DNA of 64,000 nucleotides, taken from the IMG/VR virus record IMGVR_UViG_3300044949_001557, positions 107 to 64,106 of that record, one strand, 5' to 3'. Position 1 is the stretch's first letter. Every line of letters begins with the position of its first letter. The stretch is from a virus (lineage: Duplodnaviria > Caudoviricetes). The notes beneath the pieces were generated by a model. That model saw nothing but the letters and a program-made list of their open reading frames with translations, was not told the DNA's origin and searched no databases. The translations under genes were made by a program, and so were the position numbers. Shown piece by piece: positions 9,970-19,031 of the stretch.

Positions 9970-10700
9970 CAGAATCAGCGGGACTCCCTCCCAGTGGCCC
10001 TGTTGATTGTGCTTGCCTCATACATGGAACTGTCTACGGCTGGGAATATGTTGATAGACTCTACAACATGTTGAGCCGACATTTGAGTCAGGGTATAAGA
10101 TTGCATGTGTATACCGAAGCAGATCGCAAAGTTCCCGAACACATGATCAAACATGAACTAAAAGATCTAAAAGTTTCGGGTCCTAAAAAAGCCTGGTGGT
10201 ATAAACTGCAATTGTTCAACCACAAGCATCATCAAGGACCCATGCTGTATTTTGATCTTGACACTGTGATCACAGACAACATTGATTGGATCACTCATCA
10301 AAGTTTGGAATATTTCTGGGCCCCCAGAGATTTCAAGCGATTATGGCGTCCTAGCCATACTGGAATCAACAGTTCGATAATGTGGTGGGATACTAGAAAA
10401 TTTGAATATGTTTGGGAAACATTTAGGCAGCAAGAGTTTGTTTTGTTGCAACGTCGCTATCCCGGAGATCAGGATTTTTTAAGTGATGTAATTGTTCAAG
10501 ATCGTAGACATTTTCTCAATGAGCAGTTGATACGCAGTTGGAAATGGGAGTGCTTGGACGGGGGATGGGACTTTCGATATCGAAAATACAGAGCACCCGA
10601 TTCTGGCACCAGACTCGACGGAGCCAGTGTGCTGGTATTTCATGGACAGCCAAACCCTGCAGATGTGCTAGATCCTGTGATCCAACAGCATTGGATATAA
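9939..10700 (+). CDS. GT-A fold glycosyltransferase
   Basis: WWYKLQLF, YFDLDTVI, NSSIM, GDQDFL and VFHGQPNP motifs. Confidence 0.75.
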   Translation: MGKKDRIRALAESAGLPPSGPVDCACLIHGTVYGWEYVDRLYNMLSRHLSQGIRLHVYTEADRKVPEHMIKHELKDLKVSGPKKAWWYKLQLFNHKHHQGPMLYFDLDTVITDNIDWITHQSLEYFWAPRDFKRLWRPSHTGINSSIMWWDTRKFEYVWETFRQQEFVLLQRRYPGDQDFLSDVIVQDRRHFLNEQLIRSWKWECLDGGWDFRYRKYRAPDSGTRLDGASVLVFHGQPNPADVLDPVIQQHWI

Positions 10701-10730
10701 ATTTTGTATAAATAGCATTGGAGATATAAT

Positions 10731-11231
10731 ATGCCTATAAAACAAATTAAATTACGATTTCAAGTGTCCAGTGACAATGATATATCAACCAATGTAACTG
10801 TGACAAATAACGGTCTAGAAGTTTTTTCAGGACTATTAGCTCAAACTACCACAAATATTATACCAGTAAACGTTCGAGATAATACTGAACCATATCAAGA
10901 AATAACATTTGATGTTGATGTTCCTCAGTTTTCAAATGTTACTCCTCTCAATGATCAATTTACAAATACTACCACGGTAATTTCATGTACAGATGGAAAT
11001 CTTTCTTTGCAAGCTGCATTATCTAACTGGAATCCTGGGGGACAATCTGCAGATTCCTATGCGCTATTAGATATTCCTGTAGCTCCATTGTTTGATGGTA
11101 ATATTGATAATACTTTATATAATATCAACGACAATTATCATGTTACCGGACCGGGCGCACTGCCAATTAATCAGTCTACAGTTGTTACAGTGGTGCATTC
11201 GGTTCCCCTGTATGATGCTCCCCAGCCTTAA
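10731..11231 (+). CDS. Hypothetical, possibly virion, protein
   Basis: TATAAATA and GGAG upstream; Thr/Asn/Val-rich; followed by a terminator. Confidence 0.55.
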   Translation: MPIKQIKLRFQVSSDNDISTNVTVTNNGLEVFSGLLAQTTTNIIPVNVRDNTEPYQEITFDVDVPQFSNVTPLNDQFTNTTTVISCTDGNLSLQAALSNWNPGGQSADSYALLDIPVAPLFDGNIDNTLYNINDNYHVTGPGALPINQSTVVTVVHSVPLYDAPQP

Positions 11232-11262
11232 TAAATTTGTATTACTTTTACTGAAAACTCAC

Positions 11263-11294
11263 AAATAACCCTGCTCTGAGCAGGGTTATTTTTT
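11263..11294 (+). terminator. Intrinsic terminator
   Basis: AATAACCCTGCT-CTG-AGCAGGGTTATT followed by a T-run. Confidence 0.85.
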
Positions 11295-11297
11295 GAC

Positions 11298-11326
11298 TTG
11301 ACCAGAATTTTCCAATTTGCTATAAT
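11298..11326 (+). promoter_or_regulatory. sigma70-type early promoter (repeat family)
   Basis: TTGACC-17 nt-TATAAT with TGC extended -10. Confidence 0.85.
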
Positions 11327-11356
11327 ACACACATGTTCAGCAAAAAGGAGTCCACA

Positions 11357-11581
11357 ATGGAACTTGCAATTGGCACCCAAATCCGTTACACCAGTGCCGC
11401 GGGCACTCGCGACGCTGTGATTGAAAACATCCGAGTTGGTCCCACTGCCCGGCCCGGCTTCATGAACACTTGGTTGACCCTGCTGATCCCCGTTCAGCGC
11501 AGCGTCAAATTTGAATCCCGTGTGCAGATTCCTGCAGACAACGGTTCGCTGGCTGGATTCCGTGTTGCAGTGATTGGTTGA
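11357..11581 (+). CDS. Small early hypothetical protein
   Basis: AAGGAG SD; stop codon lies within the next promoter's TTGACC. Confidence 0.7.
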   Translation: MELAIGTQIRYTSAAGTRDAVIENIRVGPTARPGFMNTWLTLLIPVQRSVKFESRVQIPADNGSLAGFRVAVIG

Positions 11582-11606
11582 CCAATAATTCCCAAACTGC
11601 TATAAT
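11578..11606 (+). promoter_or_regulatory. sigma70-type early promoter (repeat family)
   Basis: TTGACC-17-TATAAT with TGC extension. Confidence 0.85.
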
Positions 11607-11636
11607 AACATTTTAACACACAAAACAGGAGCTAAA

Positions 11637-12659
11637 ATGAGTGCAATTCGCATCCTCAATGGTAACTATCGCGGCATCCCTGTCATTGACACTGTTTTTG
11701 AACTGGTGTCGGGCTTCCAAACTGGTGCCCGTGGCAGCTATGTTACTGTCAAAAACAATGGCATCTTCCCTAAGTGCCCCGAAACGATTCGAGTGCGTGT
11801 TGAAGATATTTCTGATTTCGTGTATACTACTGGCATGCAAGAAAACGTAGTTCGCATCGACAAAGCAGCAGCAGTGCAAGAAACTGATGAGCAAGCCATG
11901 GATCGTATCCGTGAGCGTTTTGACATCCTACAGGAAATGAGCAAGGCCTGTGTGGCAGGCGACATTCGTGCCATGATTGTGAGTGGCCCTCCTGGCGTGG
12001 GCAAGAGCTTTGGTGTTGAGCAAGAAATTGACAAGGCTTGCATGTTTGACAAGATTGCTGGCAAGCGACTGCGTGCCGAAGTTGTGAAAGGCAGTGCCAC
12101 CCCCATCGGCCTGTATCAAACTCTCTACAAGTATAGCGACCCCAACTGTGTGGTGGTGTTTGACGACTGCGACTCAATCCTGCTGGATGATGTGGCACTG
12201 AACCTGCTGAAGGGTGCTCTGGACTCTGGCAAAAAGCGCAAAATTTCGTGGCTGGCCGACAGCCGTATCCTGCGCAGTGAAGGCATTCCCGACAGCTTCG
12301 AATTCAAAGGCTCGGTGATCTTCATCACCAATTTGAAGTTCGACAAGATGAAGTCGCAGAAACTGCGGGATCACTTGGACGCATTGCAGAGCCGTTGCCA
12401 CTACTTGGACTTGACCCTGGACACCATGCGTGACAAGATCCTCCGCATCCGGCAGATTGCCAAGGACGGTGTGCTGTTCCAGGACTATGATTTTGATCCC
12501 TGTGTGCAAGACGACATCATCACGTTCATGGCAGAAAAACAGAATCGTCTGCGTGAAATGAGCCTGCGTATGGCATTGAAGATTGCGGATCTGCGCAAAC
12601 TGAGCCCGCTGAATTGGCGTCGCCTGGCAGAGACCACTTGCATGAAAGCAGCTGACTAA
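11637..12659 (+). CDS. AAA+ ATPase
   Basis: Walker A GPPGVGKS, Walker B VVVFDDCD, sensor FITN, SR finger. Confidence 0.85.
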   Translation: MSAIRILNGNYRGIPVIDTVFELVSGFQTGARGSYVTVKNNGIFPKCPETIRVRVEDISDFVYTTGMQENVVRIDKAAAVQETDEQAMDRIRERFDILQEMSKACVAGDIRAMIVSGPPGVGKSFGVEQEIDKACMFDKIAGKRLRAEVVKGSATPIGLYQTLYKYSDPNCVVVFDDCDSILLDDVALNLLKGALDSGKKRKISWLADSRILRSEGIPDSFEFKGSVIFITNLKFDKMKSQKLRDHLDALQSRCHYLDLTLDTMRDKILRIRQIAKDGVLFQDYDFDPCVQDDIITFMAEKQNRLREMSLRMALKIADLRKLSPLNWRRLAETTCMKAAD

Positions 12660-12669
12660 GGAGAACGTT

Positions 12670-12780
12670 ATGTACGAAATTTGGGACGGTGATTTGTTTT
12701 TGTTTTGTGTGGATCATCCTGACGAAGCCAACAGCTACGGTGAACAGGGATTTGATGTAGTTACAGCAGTTAGCTCCTGA
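12670..12780 (+). CDS. 36-aa acidic peptide (absent from the ORF track)
   Basis: AAGGAG SD; reads MYEIWDGDLFLFCVDHPDEANSY...; precedes a terminator. Confidence 0.6.
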   Translation: MYEIWDGDLFLFCVDHPDEANSYGEQGFDVVTAVSS

Positions 12781-12800
12781 ATTGCATCAGCAGTTCTTTT

Positions 12801-12830
12801 AACAGGCTCTTTGGAGCCTGTTTTTTTTTT
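12801..12830 (+). terminator. Intrinsic terminator
   Basis: AACAGGCTC-TTTG-GAGCCTGTT followed by a T-run. Confidence 0.85.
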
Positions 12831-12857
12831 GACTTTTTGTTGCAGTAAGTATATACT
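12829..12857 (+). promoter_or_regulatory. sigma70-type promoter, probably leaderless transcript
   Basis: TTGACT-17-TATACT; ATG 12864 begins 7 nt after the -10 box. Confidence 0.6.
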
Positions 12858-12863
12858 AGTATC

Positions 12864-13181
12864 ATGACAACACATATATTAGAAAAATCAGTTGACGTAA
12901 TTGCACCAACCAATCTTTATAAATGGGCATCCACATGGGGCAAAGTTCAAAAAAACTATTACCGAGATCAAGTATATCTTCGTAGAGAAAAGCAGATAGA
13001 AGATTTTGGTAATATGATTGCATCCTACACAAGCAATGTGTTATACTTAGAAGATATTGTTAACGGCAATGCTGTTGAGCGTCTAATAGATTTAGGATAT
13101 CAAGTTTCTGGGGAATGCCAATATAAAAAATGGCTAACAAATAATGAAATCAGCGACAATTGTAATCAAGGACGAGGTTAA
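12864..13181 (+). CDS. Hypothetical protein
   Basis: 105-aa ORF downstream of a promoter. Confidence 0.5.
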   Translation: MTTHILEKSVDVIAPTNLYKWASTWGKVQKNYYRDQVYLRREKQIEDFGNMIASYTSNVLYLEDIVNGNAVERLIDLGYQVSGECQYKKWLTNNEISDNCNQGRG

Positions 13182-14613
13182 CATCAAGATAGAAGGTCTT
13201 GACCTTGACGCTCGCAAGGCACTGGTTAATGCCTTTAAATATGATGTTCCATATGCAAGATATTTGCCGGCAGTGAGGCTGGGTCGTTGGGATGGCAAAG
13301 TAAGTTATTTTCAACTAGGCGGCAGCACTTACACAAACCTGCTGCCCGAAATTGTTCCTGCTCTGGAAAGACTGAACTACGATATCGAGCTAGACGACCA
13401 ACGCGATTATTCAACATCGTTTGATTTTACCATAGCCAGAGAAGATACATTTGCTGACAAAGTGTGGCCCAAGGGTCATCCCATGGCTGGTCAGCCCATT
13501 ATGTTGCGAGACTATCAAGTTGAGATCATCAATAACTTTTTAGAGAATCCGCAGTGCATTCAGGAAATTGCCACAGGCGCAGGCAAAACAATTATGACTG
13601 CTGCCTTGAGTTGGCAGGCCGGGCACTATGGTCGAACCATTGTGATTGTTCCAAACAAAAGTTTGGTAGAACAAACAGAAGCGGACTATGTTAATTTGGA
13701 TCTTGACGTTGGTGTTTATTATGGCGATAGAAAAGAGTATGGTCGACAGCACACTATATGCACTTGGCAAAGTTTGAATGTGCTGTTAAAGAACACCAAG
13801 AGCGGGGTGGGTGATTGCACAATACAGGAATTTCTCGAAGACGTGGTATGTGTCATGGTAGACGAAGTGCACATGGCCAAAGCCGATGCACTTAAAACAC
13901 TACTCACAGGAGTAATGGCCAAGATTCCTTTGCGTTGGGGACTAACAGGGACCATTCCCAAGGAAAAGTTTGAAAGCCAAGCTCTGTTGGTCAGCCTTGG
14001 ACCTGTGGTGGGCAAACTGTCAGCCAACGAACTACAGCAACAGGGTGTGTTGGCACAATGCCATGTCAACATTGTGCAACTGCAAGACCATGTGGAATAC
14101 GCAAACTATCAAAGCGAGCTCAAATACCTGCTGGAAGAGTCAGGCAGGCTGGATACCATTGCTTCGTTGATTCGACAGGTCAATGAAACAGGCAATACTC
14201 TGGTGCTGGTGGATAGGGTAGCAGCCGGGCAGGCCTTGGTGGAACGCTTGGGCGAACGTGCGGTATTTGTGTCAGGTGCAACCAAAGGAACCGAAAGAAA
14301 GGAACACTATGCAGAAGTTGCAGAATCATCAGACAAAATCATTGTCGCAACCTATGGTGTTGCCGCAGTGGGTATTAACATACCCCGTATATTTAACCTT
14401 GTGCTGGTTGAACCAGGCAAGTCGTTTGTTAGAGTCATACAATCAATTGGTCGAGGAATCCGCAAAGCCCAAGACAAAGACCATGTGCAGATCTGGGACG
14501 TCACCTCAACCTGCAAGTTTGCCAAGCGACACCTTACCAAACGCAAAGCCTACTACAAAGAAGCCAACTACCCGTTCACGCAAGAAAAACTTGAATGGAT
14601 GACCATCAAATGA
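13144..14613 (+). CDS. uvsW: UvsW-like SF2 DNA helicase
   Basis: LRDYQ, ATGAGKT, DEVH, GLTGT and QSIGRGIR motifs. Confidence 0.9.
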   Translation: MKSATIVIKDEVNIKIEGLDLDARKALVNAFKYDVPYARYLPAVRLGRWDGKVSYFQLGGSTYTNLLPEIVPALERLNYDIELDDQRDYSTSFDFTIAREDTFADKVWPKGHPMAGQPIMLRDYQVEIINNFLENPQCIQEIATGAGKTIMTAALSWQAGHYGRTIVIVPNKSLVEQTEADYVNLDLDVGVYYGDRKEYGRQHTICTWQSLNVLLKNTKSGVGDCTIQEFLEDVVCVMVDEVHMAKADALKTLLTGVMAKIPLRWGLTGTIPKEKFESQALLVSLGPVVGKLSANELQQQGVLAQCHVNIVQLQDHVEYANYQSELKYLLEESGRLDTIASLIRQVNETGNTLVLVDRVAAGQALVERLGERAVFVSGATKGTERKEHYAEVAESSDKIIVATYGVAAVGINIPRIFNLVLVEPGKSFVRVIQSIGRGIRKAQDKDHVQIWDVTSTCKFAKRHLTKRKAYYKEANYPFTQEKLEWMTIK

Positions 14614-15424
14614 TCTTCTTACAATTATTACCGTGCCAGCGATTATAATTTGATTGACCACCAACCACGATTCCGCAATGAGAGCATGTAAATTTAGGTT
14701 TTGGCACACGCATTTTTTCTATTGTTTCATTAGTATGAGGTATTCCTTGATTATGTGCCGGCTTTCCTTTTAGCCAAACTGCACTTTTTCCTTTTTTAGA
14801 TTCAGAAATTTTTTTCTTGGTCTCCTCAGAGACTATTACGGTTTTGCTCATTTGACTTTGGCTGATTTTACGCTTGGTCTCCTCAGAATGCCGATAATGC
14901 TTGCGTGACTCTAGAATTTTTGCAACAGTCTCTGGGGCAATAGTTTTACCTTTATGTGCGGTTGATAATTTTTGTTTTGACTCAGCAGAATGTGTTTTAC
15001 CTTTGAATGCAGAAGGTCTACCTTGGCAGGATTTAGATAGTTTTTCTCTGGTTTCGTTAGACACTGTTTTGCCTTTATGAAGTTGAGATGAATTTTTAGC
15101 TACCTCAATTTTAGCAAATTCAAACATACTACCTTTGGAAATTTTTCTATTTTGATCTTTGTTTCTTGTTCTTAACATCATCCACAAGGCATACCACATA
15201 CTTTTTGTATGTGCAGGGTTGATGGTCATGCGTGGCAATAATATGTGAACAAGCCGGTGTTCTTTTGCTGTAAGTTTGACCAAGTTAGTTGAGTTATTTG
15301 ATCCTCCTAGACTTCGGGGAATAATGTGGTGGCGTTCGGTATAGATTTCTTTTGACAAATCTCTTGACATTGCCCGGACAATAATACTATAATAACATTT
15401 AGTATACTTGTTTTGTAAATACAT
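14606..15424 (-). mobile_element. Free-standing HNH homing endonuclease with NUMOD3-like repeats
   Basis: ERHHIIPRSLGGSN...NLVKLTAKEH...H; several H/VSxETKxKIS repeats; C-terminal CxxC; antisense to flanking genes. Confidence 0.85.
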
Positions 15425-15493
15425 GGCTGATAGTTCCTTGATAACTGTTAGAGCAGATGGTAGTTGACGCTACGCGATCTGCACTTTTATTTA
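15425..15493 (-). promoter_or_regulatory. TAAATA late-type promoter and structured 5' leader of the HNH gene
   Basis: TAAATA (15488-15493, minus strand); GCAGAT/ATCTGC stem with inner GTAG/CTAC; AGTT/AACT stem enclosing the AAGGA SD. Confidence 0.55.
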
Positions 15494-15507
15494 TCTTGGA
15501 GAAGAAA

Positions 15508-16008
15508 ATTCGCATTTTAACCCTAGACAATCAAACATTTGAACTGGACCATCTACCTGAAGAAGTGGATGACATGCGGTTTGCCATCCTGGATAATTCT
15601 ACACCAGCAGACCCGGACTATCATTACATCCCGCTGATTTTTTTAGAAAGCTTTACAGCGCCTGCATTGGTTCTTCGTATTGGTCAACAAAGAATTCGCA
15701 TGCCCATGGACTGGCAAGTGCTGATTGGTGAACCCGATCTTGGCGACTTGGAAATGTTGCCATTGACGTCGATCAATGATCGTGGTTTTAAAATATTTGA
15801 ATTCAATCCGCTGAGTAGTTTTAGACCCAGTTTTCCTGAAATTGAAATTGTGGATGTGTATCAAGAAGTCACTTGGTATGCACCCAAGCTTAAAAATGGG
15901 CAGATATTGTGTGTGCCAATCACCGAAGGACACAAACCGCAGTGTGTGTATTTTGTCAAAGACATCAGTCGCAACTGCGAAATTGTTAATTACGACAAGG
16001 CATGGTAA
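15508..16008 (+). CDS. Conserved-type phage hypothetical protein with probable ATT start
   Basis: GGAG plus 6 nt then ATT CGC ATT TTA (RILTLDN); the in-frame ATG at 15457 lies inside the HNH leader. Confidence 0.65.
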   Translation: MRILTLDNQTFELDHLPEEVDDMRFAILDNSTPADPDYHYIPLIFLESFTAPALVLRIGQQRIRMPMDWQVLIGEPDLGDLEMLPLTSINDRGFKIFEFNPLSSFRPSFPEIEIVDVYQEVTWYAPKLKNGQILCVPITEGHKPQCVYFVKDISRNCEIVNYDKAW

Positions 16009-16009
16009 C

Positions 16010-16351
16010 ATGAACAAAGTCAACGAATATGACATAGGTGGCGATGTTGTCAAAAGCAATGACACCTACGTGCTCAAAGACAACAAGACTCTAAAAAATT
16101 TGGTGTTGAGTTCGACCAAGCTGTATCGCAACCAGCAAACTCGCGGACACAGGCATCCCGGGCAAGAAGAAGTGTATTTCTTTGTGCAGGGCTGGGGGCA
16201 AATGATTGTGGGCGAAGAAGATTCCGAACCGTTTGATGTCAAAGAAGGTGACATTGTGTTGATTCCTGACGGTGCATTTCATAGAGTGATCAACACCGGG
16301 GACATGAACATGGTATTCAACTGTGTGTTTGGCGGGCAGCGAAATCACTGA
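16010..16351 (+). CDS. Cupin-domain protein
   Basis: HRHPGQEEVYFF and GDIVLIPDGAFHRV motifs. Confidence 0.85.
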   Translation: MNKVNEYDIGGDVVKSNDTYVLKDNKTLKNLVLSSTKLYRNQQTRGHRHPGQEEVYFFVQGWGQMIVGEEDSEPFDVKEGDIVLIPDGAFHRVINTGDMNMVFNCVFGGQRNH

Positions 16352-16605
16352 TGGGCACACTTACTCCTGGCGCAACTTATATCTACGAACGTAGCGAAGG
16401 CATCATCTATGCTCGTGAGTTTGGTAAGACCGAACGTCATGTGGTGGGTTATGAGTCCAGCAAAGACTATGACCCTGTTAGTGCAAACAAAAGAATGTTG
16501 AGCGAACTCAACGAAGTGGTCAAAATGTGCGAAACAGATCCGGGCATGAAACAGTTGCTGGATCAACTGTTTGTAATGTATAATCTTAAAAAGAATGAGC
16601 GATAA
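16351..16605 (+). CDS. Hypothetical protein
   Basis: Translationally coupled ORF. Confidence 0.65.
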   Translation: MGTLTPGATYIYERSEGIIYAREFGKTERHVVGYESSKDYDPVSANKRMLSELNEVVKMCETDPGMKQLLDQLFVMYNLKKNER

Positions 16606-17038
16606 ACTAAACATTGCCAACGAAATGCGGATGTTTGACCACAAGGTCAGGTCATTCTATGACGACTTGACTGATGAAGAAAAGAAGAAGTTTTCAAACT
16701 ATTTGATGATCCGTTGGGGTTCAAGTGTGCAGGGCAGCAGAGAATTGCAAGAGTTCTATGTGATTTCCGCCAACCAGCGACTGAACAAACATTTCTTTGA
16801 CATCAATAAACATCCCAAACTGCAATGGTTGTTGGCTACCACAGTGAGTCCAGACATGGGCGCTCAAAGACATCAATGGATTGCTCCTAAAAAGAAAGAA
16901 GCAGGCGCGGGCAGTTTGAAGAAGCAACTGGCAGAACTTTTTCCGCACTACAAGGAAGATGAAATTGATGTGTTGGCTGCTGTTACTACAAAAAAAGATC
17001 TTGACAACTACATCAAACTGCATGGTCGAGAAAAATGA
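16595..17038 (+). CDS. Hypothetical protein, possibly clamp-loader small subunit-like
   Basis: Replication context; FSNYLMIRW...N...HPKLQW pattern. Confidence 0.4.
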   Translation: MSDKLNIANEMRMFDHKVRSFYDDLTDEEKKKFSNYLMIRWGSSVQGSRELQEFYVISANQRLNKHFFDINKHPKLQWLLATTVSPDMGAQRHQWIAPKKKEAGAGSLKKQLAELFPHYKEDEIDVLAAVTTKKDLDNYIKLHGREK

Positions 17039-17709
17039 CATTTGTTTGTGAATACTGTAAAAAAACATTTGCCAAAGAAAGCAGCATTGAGGTTCACATG
17101 TGTGAGCCCAAACGCCGTAGACTAAACAAAGACGATCCGGGTGTGCGTCTGGGATTTCAAGCCTACATCAAATTCTATGAGCAGGCTCAAGGATCAGCAA
17201 AGTTAAAGACCTATGAAGACTTTTGTGAAAGCAGTTATTATCTGGCCTTTGTAAAGTTTGGGCGTTACTGTGTTGGAGCCAAAACGATCAATCCTAGCCA
17301 GTTTATGAACTGGCTGTTGAAGCATCAAAAGAAAATTGACCGTTGGGCATCTGATCAACTCTACACAGAGTATCTGACTTGGTATTTGACCATAGAAGCA
17401 GTAGATGATGCTTTGACTAGAGCCATGGAATATGCCATTGACTGGGCCGAAAAGAATGGTAGTCCCAGTCAGGACTGTGTGCGCTACGGCAATGCCAATG
17501 CTGTGTGTTATGCTATTACCACAGGCAGACTGAGCGCTTGGGTGATTTATAATTCAGAGTCCGGGCAAAAGTTTTTGAGTGAGGCCAACCAGGAGCAGTT
17601 GGCTATGATTTGGCCATATATCAATGTAGATACATGGAACAAGAAATTTGCAGACTACTCAGCTGATCAAGAATATGCTCGAGAAATACTAACCAAGGCA
17701 GGATGGTAA
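17035..17709 (+). CDS. Protein with N-terminal zinc finger
   Basis: CEYC-x12-HMC. Confidence 0.65.
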   Translation: MTFVCEYCKKTFAKESSIEVHMCEPKRRRLNKDDPGVRLGFQAYIKFYEQAQGSAKLKTYEDFCESSYYLAFVKFGRYCVGAKTINPSQFMNWLLKHQKKIDRWASDQLYTEYLTWYLTIEAVDDALTRAMEYAIDWAEKNGSPSQDCVRYGNANAVCYAITTGRLSAWVIYNSESGQKFLSEANQEQLAMIWPYINVDTWNKKFADYSADQEYAREILTKAGW

Positions 17710-18062
17710 TGGAAACAGTGATTTTTATTTTGATATTGTTGCAAATAAAGCACTGGTATGTGGACTTTGTTAATCAAAGCGATGAAGAAGTCAAACACAA
17801 AGGCACATACTTGGATCTGCGTGGAGTTGGTCACAGTTTTAAACATGGCCTGGCCACAGCGGCCATCTTGGGATTTTTCATTGTGCCAGTTTGGGCCATA
17901 ATCATGGGTATCCTGGATTTTGTGTTACACTATCACATTGACTGGATCAAGATGAACTATGGTAACCCAGATATCACCACCAAGACTTTTTGGAATCACT
18001 TGGGCGCGGATCAAATGGCGCATCAGTTGGTGTATATTTTTATCGCATGGACATTGATATAA
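17709..18062 (+). CDS. DUF3307-like membrane protein
   Basis: KHWYVDF, HSFKHG, HYHIDWIK and DQMAH motifs within hydrophobic helices. Confidence 0.7.
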   Translation: METVIFILILLQIKHWYVDFVNQSDEEVKHKGTYLDLRGVGHSFKHGLATAAILGFFIVPVWAIIMGILDFVLHYHIDWIKMNYGNPDITTKTFWNHLGADQMAHQLVYIFIAWTLI

Positions 18063-18080
18063 TTAAAAGTATTACACACA

Positions 18081-18659
18081 ATGAGTGCAGACATTGACTT
18101 AGACTTTGCTGACAGAGATGCTGCGTTGAAATTAATTCAGCATACACCTGCACGGCAGATTGTAGATGGCCGAGTCAGGCGTCACAATTCGGGCGTGTAT
18201 GTAACAGACATTCCCTATGACCCAGTCAATGAGTGTGCAGCCATAGATTATCAAACTGCCGAAGATCGCGGATACTTCAAAATTGACTTCTTAAACATGC
18301 ACGTTTACAAGTTGATTCAAAGCCCTGAGCACTATGAGCAAATGTTGGCAGCTACTCCTCCGTGGCAACGGCTGTGGCAAGATCCCCAGTGGGCCCAGCA
18401 ATTGGTTCACGTTGGTAATTACACAGAGTTACTCAAACAAATGAAGCCAGATTCAATTCCCAGAATGGCTGCATTTATTTCGATTATTAGGCCAGGCAAA
18501 GCACACCTACAGAATCAGCCCTGGGCAACTGTGTTTGAGTCAGTGTGGGATGGAGATGACAGCCGTGGCTATACATTTAAAAAGGCACATGCTCTCAGCT
18601 ATGCAATGTTGGTGTCATTGCACATGAACGTGCTCAATCAAGCCGTCGAACCAGCGTAA
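18081..18659 (+). CDS. Miniature DnaE (Pol III alpha)-like protein
   Basis: ADIDLDF, HNSGV, GYFKIDFL, IIRPG and YTFKKAHALSY match DnaE palm/finger motifs in order, within 192 aa. Confidence 0.75.
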   Translation: MSADIDLDFADRDAALKLIQHTPARQIVDGRVRRHNSGVYVTDIPYDPVNECAAIDYQTAEDRGYFKIDFLNMHVYKLIQSPEHYEQMLAATPPWQRLWQDPQWAQQLVHVGNYTELLKQMKPDSIPRMAAFISIIRPGKAHLQNQPWATVFESVWDGDDSRGYTFKKAHALSYAMLVSLHMNVLNQAVEPA

Positions 18660-19011
18660 TCGATTTACGCTTTGACTTTTTGCGGGCCATTTCATTGAGG
18701 CTGCACACAGGCCCATGCAGTATTTCTAGATCTTTGTTGCTGAAGGTTTTTAGATAGGGACGAAAAACTTCCCAATCTTCCTTGAGGAAAATGTTGATGG
18801 GAATGCTACGATTGCTTTCCCACCACCATATGTTTGCCTGCTCTAAAAATTGGCGTTTTAGATCTATGTCTTGTATGCTGCCAAAATCGTAGATGGTAGT
18901 TATAGCATCATCACGATTTTGCACAATGCCAACATATTCACTGTTTGCATAAACACAAAGAGTTATGAAGGGGTATTTTTCAGCCAATTTTTCGAAGATA
19001 TCACTGCCCAT
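18634..19011 (-). CDS. Hypothetical protein
   Basis: 125-aa ORF with a basic C-terminus; minus-strand TATAAATA at 19050-19057. Confidence 0.65.
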   Translation of the reverse strand: MGSDIFEKLAEKYPFITLCVYANSEYVGIVQNRDDAITTIYDFGSIQDIDLKRQFLEQANIWWWESNRSIPINIFLKEDWEVFRPYLKTFSNKDLEILHGPVCSLNEMARKKSKRKSITLVRRLD

Positions 19012-19031
19012 AAATATTGTTGGAGATTTCT

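Noticed and set aside
11613-12509. Multiple long antisense ORFs over the AAA gene (also over the ligase, nrdA and the dehydrogenase)
   Set aside because: Shadow ORFs from codon bias; no SD or recognisable motifs
14606-15500. Group I intron or intein in uvsW
   Set aside because: uvsW is complete before the insertion, the endonuclease is antisense and free-standing, and no intron core was seen
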